Shown: positions 56,628 through 64,000 of the stretch, piece after piece
How positions within the stretch are numbered: position 1 is the stretch's first letter
How the letters are laid out: every line of letters starts with the position of its first letter
Translations under genes and position numbers: made by a program
The notes under the pieces: generated by a model
Database searches by the model: none
What the model saw: only the letters and a program-made list of their open reading frames with translations
What the model was told of the DNA's origin: nothing
NCBI GenBank assembly: GCA_947588655.1
Contig: CANPYS010000001.1
Span: forward strand, 6,391-70,390
From: an uncultured Alphaproteobacteria bacterium
GTDB lineage: Bacteria > Pseudomonadota > Alphaproteobacteria > RF32 > CAG-239
DNA length: 64,000 bases
Direction of reading: 5' to 3'

Positions 56628-58085
56628 ATGCTTACGCCCAAAAATAATTTTGCTTTAATGCGCCAAAATGTTTATGCCAAAGTTGCCGAAAGCTTTTTAC
56701 AGCGCCAATTTTCGGATTTAGATGCTTTGCCTGAGGCGATTGTGCCGGATGGGGCATCGCCTATGCGCGGCTCGCTTGAAAGAGATCGGCAAGTTGTTAA
56801 AGAACAAATTATGGCGCTTTTGGGTTTTGTGCCTGAAAATGAAGATGTTTCCAAGCCTTTGAGTCATTTTTCGGCGGAAGCGTTAAAGCGCACGTCTGCG
56901 CCTGTTGCGACAGTTTCGGTTTTGCCCTCGGCTTGCGCGGCTTGTATGGAAACGCGGCTGACTGTTACCGAAATGTGCCGCGGTTGTTTCGCGAGACCTT
57001 GCGCCGTGAATTGCCCGAAAAAAACAATTACTGTTGACGGAAAAGCCTTTATTCATCAAGAAAACTGCATTAAATGCGGTTTGTGCGCCACGGTTTGTCC
57101 GTACGGGGCTATTAACAAAGCGGTTGTGCCTTGTGAAGACGCTTGTCCGGTGGGCGCTTTGAGTAAAGATGAAAACGGGCATGAGCATATTGATCCGAAC
57201 AAGTGTATTTCGTGCGGTAAATGCACACTTTCTTGCCCCTTCGGTGCAATTTTCCATAATTCGCAGATGATTGATGTTTTAAATGCGGTTCAAAACGGCA
57301 AGCGTCCTGTTGTGGCGATGTTGGCGCCCGCCGTCATCGGGCAGTTCGGTAATGATATTAACAAAGTTATCGGCGCGCTTAAAAAGATTGGTTTTGCTGA
57401 TGTGACGGAAGTTGCCGAAGGCGCTGACGTGACTACCACCAATGAGGCGGCGGAGTTTGTGGAGCGTATGCATGAGGGTGCGCCCTTTATGACCACATCA
57501 TGCTGTCCGGCGTGGATGAAAGCCGCCGAAACGGCGTTGCCTGAGATCAAACCCTTTATTTCAAGCACCGGAAGCCCGATGTATTATATGGCAGAAATTG
57601 TTAAAAAAGCTCGTCCGGATTGTATTTCCGTGTTTGTGGGGCCGTGCTTGGCGAAGCGTTTGGAAGCCGAGAAAAATCCGAATGTGGATTATGTTTTGGT
57701 GTTTGAGGAATTGCAAGCCATCTTGGCCGGCTCTCAGATTGATGTCAACACTTGCGAGCCTGTGCCGTTTGCGAAAGTTTCGTCCGCGCAGGGGCGGATT
57801 TTCCCTGTTTCCGGCGGTGTGGCCGGTGCGGTGGCGCACATGGTGGGCGATCAGGCGGATTATCGTCCGGAGGCTATTAACGGGCTGAATAAGGAAAGTA
57901 TTCGCAAGCTCAAAATGTATGCCGCCAAAAAGAGCGCCGGTGCGTTTAATATGGTTGAGGTGATGTGTTGTGAAAGCGGTTGTGTCGGCGGTCCGGGGTG
58001 TGTGGTGTTGCCCAAGAAATCGGCCGTGATGGTGGATGCTTATGTCAAAACCAGTCCTGATTTGAAAGATTTGCAAGGAAAGTGA
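56628..58085 (+). CDS. [FeFe]-hydrogenase-like protein (H-cluster domain plus N-terminal ferredoxin-like FeS domains)
   Basis: H-cluster motifs L1 TSCCPAW, L2 GPCLAKRLE (PCxxKxxE), L3 EVMCCESGCVGGPG. Two CxxCxxCxxxCP ferredoxin motifs and further Cys clusters N-terminal. Confidence 0.7.
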   Translation: MLTPKNNFALMRQNVYAKVAESFLQRQFSDLDALPEAIVPDGASPMRGSLERDRQVVKEQIMALLGFVPENEDVSKPLSHFSAEALKRTSAPVATVSVLPSACAACMETRLTVTEMCRGCFARPCAVNCPKKTITVDGKAFIHQENCIKCGLCATVCPYGAINKAVVPCEDACPVGALSKDENGHEHIDPNKCISCGKCTLSCPFGAIFHNSQMIDVLNAVQNGKRPVVAMLAPAVIGQFGNDINKVIGALKKIGFADVTEVAEGADVTTTNEAAEFVERMHEGAPFMTTSCCPAWMKAAETALPEIKPFISSTGSPMYYMAEIVKKARPDCISVFVGPCLAKRLEAEKNPNVDYVLVFEELQAILAGSQIDVNTCEPVPFAKVSSAQGRIFPVSGGVAGAVAHMVGDQADYRPEAINGLNKESIRKLKMYAAKKSAGAFNMVEVMCCESGCVGGPGCVVLPKKSAVMVDAYVKTSPDLKDLQGK

Positions 58086-58086
58086 C

Positions 58087-59415
58087 ATGCAACCGTTATC
58101 CGCTCTTGACATTGTCCGTATTGTCGGTTCGGCTTCAAAGCCTGCCGATGTTGTGGTTCAAGGTGTTTCAACCGATAGCCGTGTTTGTGGAGCGAAAGAT
58201 GTTTTTATTGCTTTAAGCGGTGAAAAATTTGACGGACATACTTTTGTTCAAGAGGTTTTAGCAAAGGGTTGTCCGTTGGCAATTGTGTCGCATCTGGTTG
58301 AAAATGCCGATCCGAACAAGCAAATTGTTGTGGCAGACACGTTGGAAGCTTACGGGAAGCTTGGGGCTTACAATCGCACGCTTTTCAAAGGTGTTGTGAT
58401 TGGGCTTACGGGCAGTGCCGGCAAGACCACCACGAAGGAGGAGTTGAAGTTTATTCTTTCTAAGTTCGGCAAAGTTTATGCTACCAAAGGTAATCATAAC
58501 AATTTTGTTGGTGTGCCGGAAAGTCTTTGTAACCTTGATATGAGCGCTGATTATGCTATTATTGAAATGGGCATGAGCGCGAAAGGGGAAATTGCGCGTC
58601 TTGTTTCGTATGTGCGGCCTGATGTGGCGATTGTGACGAATGTTTACCCGATGCATATTGAGTTTTTTGAAAACCTAGAGGGCATTGCGCGTGCCAAAGC
58701 TGAAATTTTTGGCGGGCTTCAAAAAGGCGGTGCGGCGGTCATTAATGCCGATACGTCTTATGCTGATGTTTTGGAAAATTTAGCGCGGGCGCAAACGAAT
58801 CGGATTTATAAATTCGGGCAAAATGAGCCTGTTGGCGCAGATTTCCAAACTGCCGAAAAGGGAGCGCAGTTTGAAATGAACGCGCGTTGCGTTTTAAAAA
58901 CGGTTGAAGCCTTAGGGCTTGACGTTTCTCAAGCGGCGCCGTATATTCAAGACTTTGGGGCTTTGGACGGTCGTGGCAAACAACATCGCTTGGCTTTGCC
59001 CAAAGGTGGCTTTTATACGTTGATTGATGATAGTTATTCGGGGCAACCGGAATCTATGAAGTTGGCGATACAAGGGCTTGCCGCGATGAAAGTGAATGGG
59101 CGCAAAATTGCTGTTTTGGGCAAAATGGCGGAGCTCGGCGCGCATTCTGAAACGGCGCATCAAGAAATCGGACAGGTGGCGGCCGTGGCAAATTTAGATG
59201 TTGTCATTGGCGTTTGTCCTGAAATGAAAGTTATGCTTGCCGCACTACCCGCTGAAACAAAGCAATATTATTTTGAAAATAAAGACGGCTTGGCGGCGTT
59301 TTTGACAGGTAAACTTTTGCAAGATGGTGATGTTGTGTTAATCAAAGGCGCGCATTATTCCTCAAAGCTTTTTGAAGTTGCCGAAACGCTGATTAAAGAA
59401 GGGAAAATAAAATGA
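58087..59415 (+). CDS. murF: UDP-N-acetylmuramoyl-tripeptide--D-alanyl-D-alanine ligase
   Basis: [14 protein letters not shown]-loop, Mur ligase middle and C domains, 442 aa. Confidence 0.85.
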   Translation: MQPLSALDIVRIVGSASKPADVVVQGVSTDSRVCGAKDVFIALSGEKFDGHTFVQEVLAKGCPLAIVSHLVENADPNKQIVVADTLEAYGKLGAYNRTLFKGVVIGLTGSAGKTTTKEELKFILSKFGKVYATKGNHNNFVGVPESLCNLDMSADYAIIEMGMSAKGEIARLVSYVRPDVAIVTNVYPMHIEFFENLEGIARAKAEIFGGLQKGGAAVINADTSYADVLENLARAQTNRIYKFGQNEPVGADFQTAEKGAQFEMNARCVLKTVEALGLDVSQAAPYIQDFGALDGRGKQHRLALPKGGFYTLIDDSYSGQPESMKLAIQGLAAMKVNGRKIAVLGKMAELGAHSETAHQEIGQVAAVANLDVVIGVCPEMKVMLAALPAETKQYYFENKDGLAAFLTGKLLQDGDVVLIKGAHYSSKLFEVAETLIKEGKIK

Positions 59416-59900
59416 AGTGTCCGTTTTGCGGTTGTGATGACACCATTGTGAAGGATTCGCGCAATACTGATGACAATGCGGCTGTTCGTCGTCGGCGCGA
59501 GTGTCCGGAGTGCGGTTCGCGTTTTACCACGTTTGAGCGCGTCCAGCTCCGCGAGCTGATTGTGGTGAAAAAAAATGGCGAGCGCACTTTTTTTGACCGC
59601 GACAAGCTTTATCGCTCCATAGAACTTGCCGTGCGCAAACGCCCGATTTCGCCGGAGCGCGTGGATAAGGTGGTTAATTCTATTCAGCGCCGTTTTGAAA
59701 GTTCGGGCGAAAATGAAATTACAACTGTGGATATTGGCGAGGCGGTGATGGAGGCGCTTTCAAGGCTTGATCATATCGCTTATATTCGCTTTGCCTCGGT
59801 TTATAAGGACTTTAAGGAAGTGAAGGATTTTGAGGACTTTGTGGAAACTATTGATAATCTGGCAAAGCCTGTTTTAGAAAAGGATGAAGACAATGACTAA
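59412..59900 (+). CDS. nrdR: transcriptional repressor NrdR
   Basis: [17 protein letters not shown]...[14 protein letters not shown] zinc ribbon plus ATP-cone. Confidence 0.9.
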   Translation: MKCPFCGCDDTIVKDSRNTDDNAAVRRRRECPECGSRFTTFERVQLRELIVVKKNGERTFFDRDKLYRSIELAVRKRPISPERVDKVVNSIQRRFESSGENEITTVDIGEAVMEALSRLDHIAYIRFASVYKDFKEVKDFEDFVETIDNLAKPVLEKDEDND

Positions 59901-60387
59901 ATTTGTTTCAAAAAAAATCAGACGGAAGTCGGGTGCGCGGTTGGCCGCCGTACAGGCAACGTATATGATTGCTTATGGTCAACTTCCCGTTGAAACCGTG
60001 ATTAAAGACTTTGTGGAAGGGCGTGTCGGACGCTATGTGATTGAAGAAACAGGCCCTGCGGAAACAGAGGAGATGCTTGAGGTTGCGCCTATAGATGCCG
60101 AATATTTTGAAATGCTTGTGAAGGGTGTGCATCGCAAAAAACAAGATTTAGAGAAATCATTGGCGCAGTATCTTCATAATCAGCTTAAATTTGAACAAAT
60201 GGACGGCACGCTTCAGGCACTTTTGCTTTGCGCGGTTTATGAGCTGACCAATACTTTGGATATTGATACAAAAGTACTTATTCAGGAATATGTTGATTTG
60301 GCATACGCTTTCTTTAGCAAAAATGAGCCTAAAATGGTCAACGCCCTTTTGGATCAGATTGCCCATGCTGTTAGGGATGAAAAATGA
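59893..60387 (+). CDS. nusB: transcription antitermination factor NusB
   Basis: ...[15 protein letters not shown]... NusB signature and all-helical ~160 aa. Start ATG 59893 or 59884, overlapping the nrdR end. Confidence 0.75.
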   Translation: MTKFVSKKIRRKSGARLAAVQATYMIAYGQLPVETVIKDFVEGRVGRYVIEETGPAETEEMLEVAPIDAEYFEMLVKGVHRKKQDLEKSLAQYLHNQLKFEQMDGTLQALLLCAVYELTNTLDIDTKVLIQEYVDLAYAFFSKNEPKMVNALLDQIAHAVRDEK

Positions 60388-60920
60388 GTTTGCTGCCGTT
60401 ATATGAATATCCGCACCCGATTTTGCGCCAAAAAGCTAAGCCGGTTGAAACCGTAGATGAAGAATTGCGTCGGTTTTTAGATGATATGCTTGAAACAATG
60501 TATGCGGATAAGGGCGTCGGGTTGGCGGCGCCACAAGTGGGCGTTTCAAAGCGTGTGATTGTGATTGACACGCATCAACATGAAGAAGATGAAAGTGGCG
60601 ATTTTCGTCCGGGGCAACCGATGTATCTTCTCAACCCTGAAATTGTTTGGCATTCGGAAGAAACAATTCTTTTTTGCGAGGGTTGTCTTTCCGTGCCGGG
60701 GCAAAATGCCGATGTGGAGCGCTTTCAAAGCGTTCGGGTGAAATATTTGGATTATGACGGCAATCCGCAGGAAATTGAGGCCTCTGATTATGAGGCCGTT
60801 GTGCTTCAGCATGAAATTGACCATTTAGACGGCATTTTATATATTGATCATTTGAGCCGTCTTAAACGAGATATGCTCTTAAAAAAGCTTAAAAAATATA
60901 GAGAAAGCCACGAAAAATAG
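60384..60920 (+). CDS. def: peptide deformylase
   Basis: GVGLAAPQVG, EGCLSVPG, QHEIDHLDG metal-binding motifs. Confidence 0.9.
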   Translation: MSLLPLYEYPHPILRQKAKPVETVDEELRRFLDDMLETMYADKGVGLAAPQVGVSKRVIVIDTHQHEEDESGDFRPGQPMYLLNPEIVWHSEETILFCEGCLSVPGQNADVERFQSVRVKYLDYDGNPQEIEASDYEAVVLQHEIDHLDGILYIDHLSRLKRDMLLKKLKKYRESHEK

Positions 60921-61007
60921 ATTTTAGTGCGCTTAATGAAAAAAAACGCTTGAAAAAAAGTAAGTTTGATATTTTAATCTATCTATAACCAGATGAAAGG
61001 ATGAAAA

Positions 61008-61625
61008 ATGCTGAAATATTTTTTATACATTTTACTTTTGTTAATTGTTGTTATTTTGGGTGCTTTTGTTTTTCATAAATATAAAGTAGAAGACCAAAAT
61101 AAAAAGGAGATGGCGCAATATATGGGCGAGCCCGTTATGCTTGAAAAAGATTTGGGGCGCGTTTTGGTTATTTATTACAGTTTAAATGGACATACGCGCG
61201 ATATTGCTGAAAAAATCCAAAGCCTTACAAACGGCGATATTTATGCTATTCAGACAGAGGAAAAATTTGAGACTAATTTTGGCTTTTATTTAGATGTCTT
61301 GAAACAACTTTATAACAAGCAATATCCTGAACTTTCAACCATGGCACCTGATGTTTCGTCTTATGATATTGTGTTTGTTGGTTTTCCGGTTTGGTGGTAT
61401 ACCATGGCAACGCCGGCGTATTCGTTCTTGAAACAGGCTGATTTTGGCACAACAAAAGTGGCTTTGTTCTCCACACAAGGGAGTAATTCGGGGCGCTTTT
61501 TCTTTGATTTTGCTAACAACGTTCAAGGTTCAAAACTTGTTTCTATGAAAGAGTTTAATAATCTGCCTCAAGAATATGATGAGGCTGTTCGGAATAAAGT
61601 TGCGGCTTGGTTGAATAGCTTGTAA
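61008..61625 (+). CDS. membrane-anchored flavodoxin-like protein (Flavodoxin_4-type)
   Basis: N-terminal TM (YFLYILLLLIVVILGAFVF), then VLVIYYSLNGHTRDIAEKI... and YDIVFVGFPVWWYTMATPA. Paralogous to 63071-63637. Confidence 0.6.
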   Translation: MLKYFLYILLLLIVVILGAFVFHKYKVEDQNKKEMAQYMGEPVMLEKDLGRVLVIYYSLNGHTRDIAEKIQSLTNGDIYAIQTEEKFETNFGFYLDVLKQLYNKQYPELSTMAPDVSSYDIVFVGFPVWWYTMATPAYSFLKQADFGTTKVALFSTQGSNSGRFFFDFANNVQGSKLVSMKEFNNLPQEYDEAVRNKVAAWLNSL

Positions 61626-61628
61626 TAA

Positions 61629-61660
61629 AAAATCCCTGCGTTAAGGCAGGGATTTTTTTC
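61629..61660. terminator. terminator hairpin (identical copy at 63025-63058)
   Basis: AAAAATCCCTGCGTTAAGGCAGGGATTTTTTT. Confidence 0.7.
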
Positions 61661-61670
61661 CTTAAGATTT

Positions 61671-62744
61671 TTAAAATGTTGTCATCGGGCGGATTCTATA
61701 GCTCCTATCTGTCCATTCTATAGCTGTTTTATAACTTCCAAGATTAAATGTCCAAAATGTTCTGCTATCAAAGAAAGTGGAAGAATAGTAATAGTTGGCA
61801 AGGGATTGCGCTTTCCCTTTTTGTTGAAGCCTAGATAATGTGGTGTTGATTTGATCAAGGTAAACTTGTTTGTAATCAGGCTGACGATTATATTCATTCT
61901 CCCAAACAAGTGTGGTATAACCTGTTCCAACAACATCTATCCATTCGCCTAAGGAAGGTACATACCATTTGCCTTTGCCCAAGTGCGCATCATCTGCCGA
62001 AACGCCTTCAGGATAAAAAGCCATAGCGGCTCTTGGCCCAGGGGTGTCGCAATACTCAGCATAACGAAGTGTGCCTTTCTTATCTGAAGGTTGGCAACCA
62101 TCGCCAATGGTTTGCGGAGTTTCAACAAAGGCGGCTTTTGTGGCGCTTAAGCCGTCCCAAAGCCAAGTGTCATGCTTTGTAAAGGCTGATAAAATGCTAT
62201 TTGTATTATAGGTGTGCGTTCCTAATCTTTCATAATGGTAACCACCGAATGGTATTTCTTTAATACTTCCGCCAAAGGGATTCTGTTCGTCAAAGGTGTA
62301 GTCATCTTGAAGTGTTAAATCGTTTAATGCAAGGATTTTGCCGTGCGTTCCCTCGGTGTTTACGGTTACCACCACGCCGACAGGTATTTTAGAACCATTT
62401 GAGTCATAATCTTTGGCATAACCGCAAGTCCCATCCGCATAATAAACATCACCAATTTCGCAAAGGGCTTTACATGCCGTGTAGGTTTTATCGTTCGGAC
62501 AAAAGGCAAGCTTGCCACACCAATCCGATTTTTCAGACTTTGTGTAACCCATTTTTTCACAATCAGGCTGTAAACATTTTTTATAAGAGAAGTCAAACGG
62601 ACAAAGAATATAACCGTCCTCAGCACATTGTGGATCATCTTCTTTGGCATAATTTAACTCCTCACAGGTTGGTTGCTTTTCACAATTCAGCGCCACTGCT
62701 TGCTTTGAAAATAAAATCATCATTAAAAATAAAACGTACTTCAT
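61671..62744 (-). CDS. secreted Cys-rich paralog P5 (DUF1566/Lcl-C-like C-terminus)
   Basis: TAAGGAG RBS, MKYVLFLMMILFSKQAVA|LNCEKQPTCEELNYAKEDDPQCAEDGYILCPFDFSYKKCLQPDCEKMGYT. KWYVPSLGEWIDV, YYSSTFFD, ...YRIRPMTTF. Confidence 0.8.
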   Translation of the reverse strand: MKYVLFLMMILFSKQAVALNCEKQPTCEELNYAKEDDPQCAEDGYILCPFDFSYKKCLQPDCEKMGYTKSEKSDWCGKLAFCPNDKTYTACKALCEIGDVYYADGTCGYAKDYDSNGSKIPVGVVVTVNTEGTHGKILALNDLTLQDDYTFDEQNPFGGSIKEIPFGGYHYERLGTHTYNTNSILSAFTKHDTWLWDGLSATKAAFVETPQTIGDGCQPSDKKGTLRYAEYCDTPGPRAAMAFYPEGVSADDAHLGKGKWYVPSLGEWIDVVGTGYTTLVWENEYNRQPDYKQVYLDQINTTLSRLQQKGKAQSLANYYYSSTFFDSRTFWTFNLGSYKTAIEWTDRSYRIRPMTTF

Positions 62745-63014
62745 TTTTTCCTCCTTATTTACAGACTCCACCATCCGAATCGTCATACTGAAACGATCCC
62801 AAATGTCATGCTGAACTTGTTTCAGCATCTCTTTTTATGAGATCCTGAAACGAGTTCAGGATGACCTTTGAGAATCTTCTCAAAAAAACGTACGTTTAAA
62901 TGCGCATTTCATCAAGAAAATAACCTTTTGAAAAATCTCAAAAAAAAATCCTTGACAAATTGCGCATTTAAACGTACCTTTTTTTGCACACGTTTTGATG
63001 ATAAGTTGTTGTTT
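62745..63014 (-). promoter_or_regulatory. upstream cassette (copy for P5, minus orientation)
   Basis: Reverse complement matches copies 1 and 2. Here both 12-mers are the perfect palindrome AAATGCGCATTT. Confidence 0.75.
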
Positions 63015-63024
63015 TAAAATAAAA

Positions 63025-63058
63025 AAATCCCCGCGTTAAGGCAGGGATTTTATTAAGA
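63025..63058. terminator. terminator hairpin (duplicate of 61629-61660)
   Basis: AAAAAAATCCCCGCGTTAAGGCAGGGATTTTATT. Confidence 0.7.
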
Positions 63059-63070
63059 GAGTATATTAAG

Positions 63071-63637
63071 TTATTTCACTTTATAACCCAAATTTTCAAG
63101 CCAAGCATCTAAACCCGTTGTAGTGTTTGAATAACCAACCCAAGGATTGTCTGAAATTTGGCAACCTTGGCATTGCTCTTTTATGGTGCTGACTGTGTTT
63201 TGCACGCCACCACTGCCGTGTGTGATGAACGGAATAACCGTTTTGCCGTTTAAATCATAGCTTTCTAAAAAGCTACTGACAGCCGGCGCAATCGTTCCCC
63301 ACCAGTTCGGCGAGCCTAAGAAAATGACATCGTATTGCGCAATATCTGCCACTTTGGTCTTGAGGTCAGGGCGAAAACCTTCATTGATTTCCTTCTTAGC
63401 CTGTTCGGTTGTGGCGCGATATTCTTCAGGATAAGTTTGCACGGTTTCAATCGCAAACAAATCGCCACCAATTTTATCGTGAATCGCCTCAGCTACTTGC
63501 TTTGTGTTGCCACTCCAAGAATAATAAGCGACCAAAATTTTGGGTGTTGCCGATTCATTGCTGATTGCCGTGTTGCCTTCAGCGGCTTGGGCGTTTAGCG
63601 CTATAAATGATATACCTAATGCAAGTAATTTTTTCAT
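63071..63637 (-). CDS. secreted flavodoxin-like protein (paralog of 61008-61625)
   Basis: Signal peptide MKKLLALGISFIALNAQA, then ILVAYYSWSGNTKQVAEAI..., YDVIFLGSPNWWGTIAPAV. Confidence 0.6.
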   Translation of the reverse strand: MKKLLALGISFIALNAQAAEGNTAISNESATPKILVAYYSWSGNTKQVAEAIHDKIGGDLFAIETVQTYPEEYRATTEQAKKEINEGFRPDLKTKVADIAQYDVIFLGSPNWWGTIAPAVSSFLESYDLNGKTVIPFITHGSGGVQNTVSTIKEQCQGCQISDNPWVGYSNTTTGLDAWLENLGYKVK

Positions 63638-63798
63638 TAAATCCTCCTTTGTTAAATGAACAACTTCTTATTTAATCGTAAAATGTCGTTTTAAGTCAAG
63701 ATTTTTTTCTGATTGTGTTTATTTTTAAACTAACCTTCTTGGAAAAAACTTTATAAAGCCTATATAATCTTTGTTTTTTAACCATAAAGGAGGATACA

Positions 63799-63933
63799 AT
63801 GGAAAATTATGAACGTTTGCAAAAACAAATGGATAAAATTATGCAGGATCATAAAGATTTGATGAAAGAACATAAGCAAATTATGAAAGATCATGCTAAA
63901 TTAATGAAAGTCTTGGAAAAAGCACCTCGCTGA
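63799..63933 (+). CDS. small (44-aa) His/Lys/Met-rich repeat protein; below the ORF-track size cutoff
   Basis: AAAGGAGG RBS 6 nt before ATG. MENYERLQKQMDKIMQDHKDLMKEHKQIMKDHAKLMKVLEKAPR with (K/Q)xHK.(L/I)MK heptad-like repeats. Followed by terminator AAAAAAGCCCTTAAGGGGCTTTTTTTT (63940-63968). Confidence 0.55.
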   Translation: MENYERLQKQMDKIMQDHKDLMKEHKQIMKDHAKLMKVLEKAPR

Positions 63934-64000
63934 TTTCAAAAAAAGCCCTTAAGGGGCTTTTTTTTATGTTCTTTGCGCTTATATCTTTCTTAACAAAAAG

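Overview
The window is 64 kb of a roughly 40% GC Gram-negative chromosome. Its gene content (short-form MetRS, RHH_4-like protein next to SspB, DUF2934, Omp25-like small porins, RNase J) is most compatible with a host-associated proteobacterium, possibly an alphaproteobacterium. Anaerobic metabolism is indicated by pyruvate:ferredoxin oxidoreductase and an [FeFe]-hydrogenase-like protein. Housekeeping backbone, left to right: metG (3' part), trkH, sspB, glgB-glgX-malQ, trmJ-like, cysE, greA, folA-thyA, an SDR, birA, rnj, ldcA, recJ, murF, nrdR-nusB-def, plus tRNA-Val and tRNA-Lys. Four accessory elements are embedded in this backbone. (1) Five paralogous genes encode secreted, Cys-rich proteins. 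Each shares an almost identical 95-aa N-terminal module. Four carry a DUF1566/Lcl-C-like C-terminus and one carries a beta-helix-like C-terminus. Each is preceded by the same ~250-bp upstream cassette, which is dense in palindromes: two AAATGYGCATTT sites 60 bp apart, TGAGAAGATTCTCA, and two 21-nt hairpins that are inverted copies of each other. Orphan, inverted and degenerate copies of the cassette also occur, together with several other short intergenic repeat families. Together they form a mosaic in which an arginine acid-resistance pair (adiC-adiA, visibly GC-richer) and the PFOR gene are embedded. (2) An AT-rich Type III restriction-modification islet (mod-res) lies next to tRNA-Val and is bounded by a 20-bp direct repeat that duplicates the 3' end of the adjacent autotransporter gene. 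(3) A Pmp-repeat autotransporter carries T7-T8 homopolymer tracts in its first codons. It is preceded by a 1-kb intergenic region with tandem palindromic repeats and a minus-strand terminator. (4) Two inverted flavodoxin-like paralogs with identical terminators flank the fifth paralog cassette. No CRISPR array, rRNA or obvious transposase was seen.
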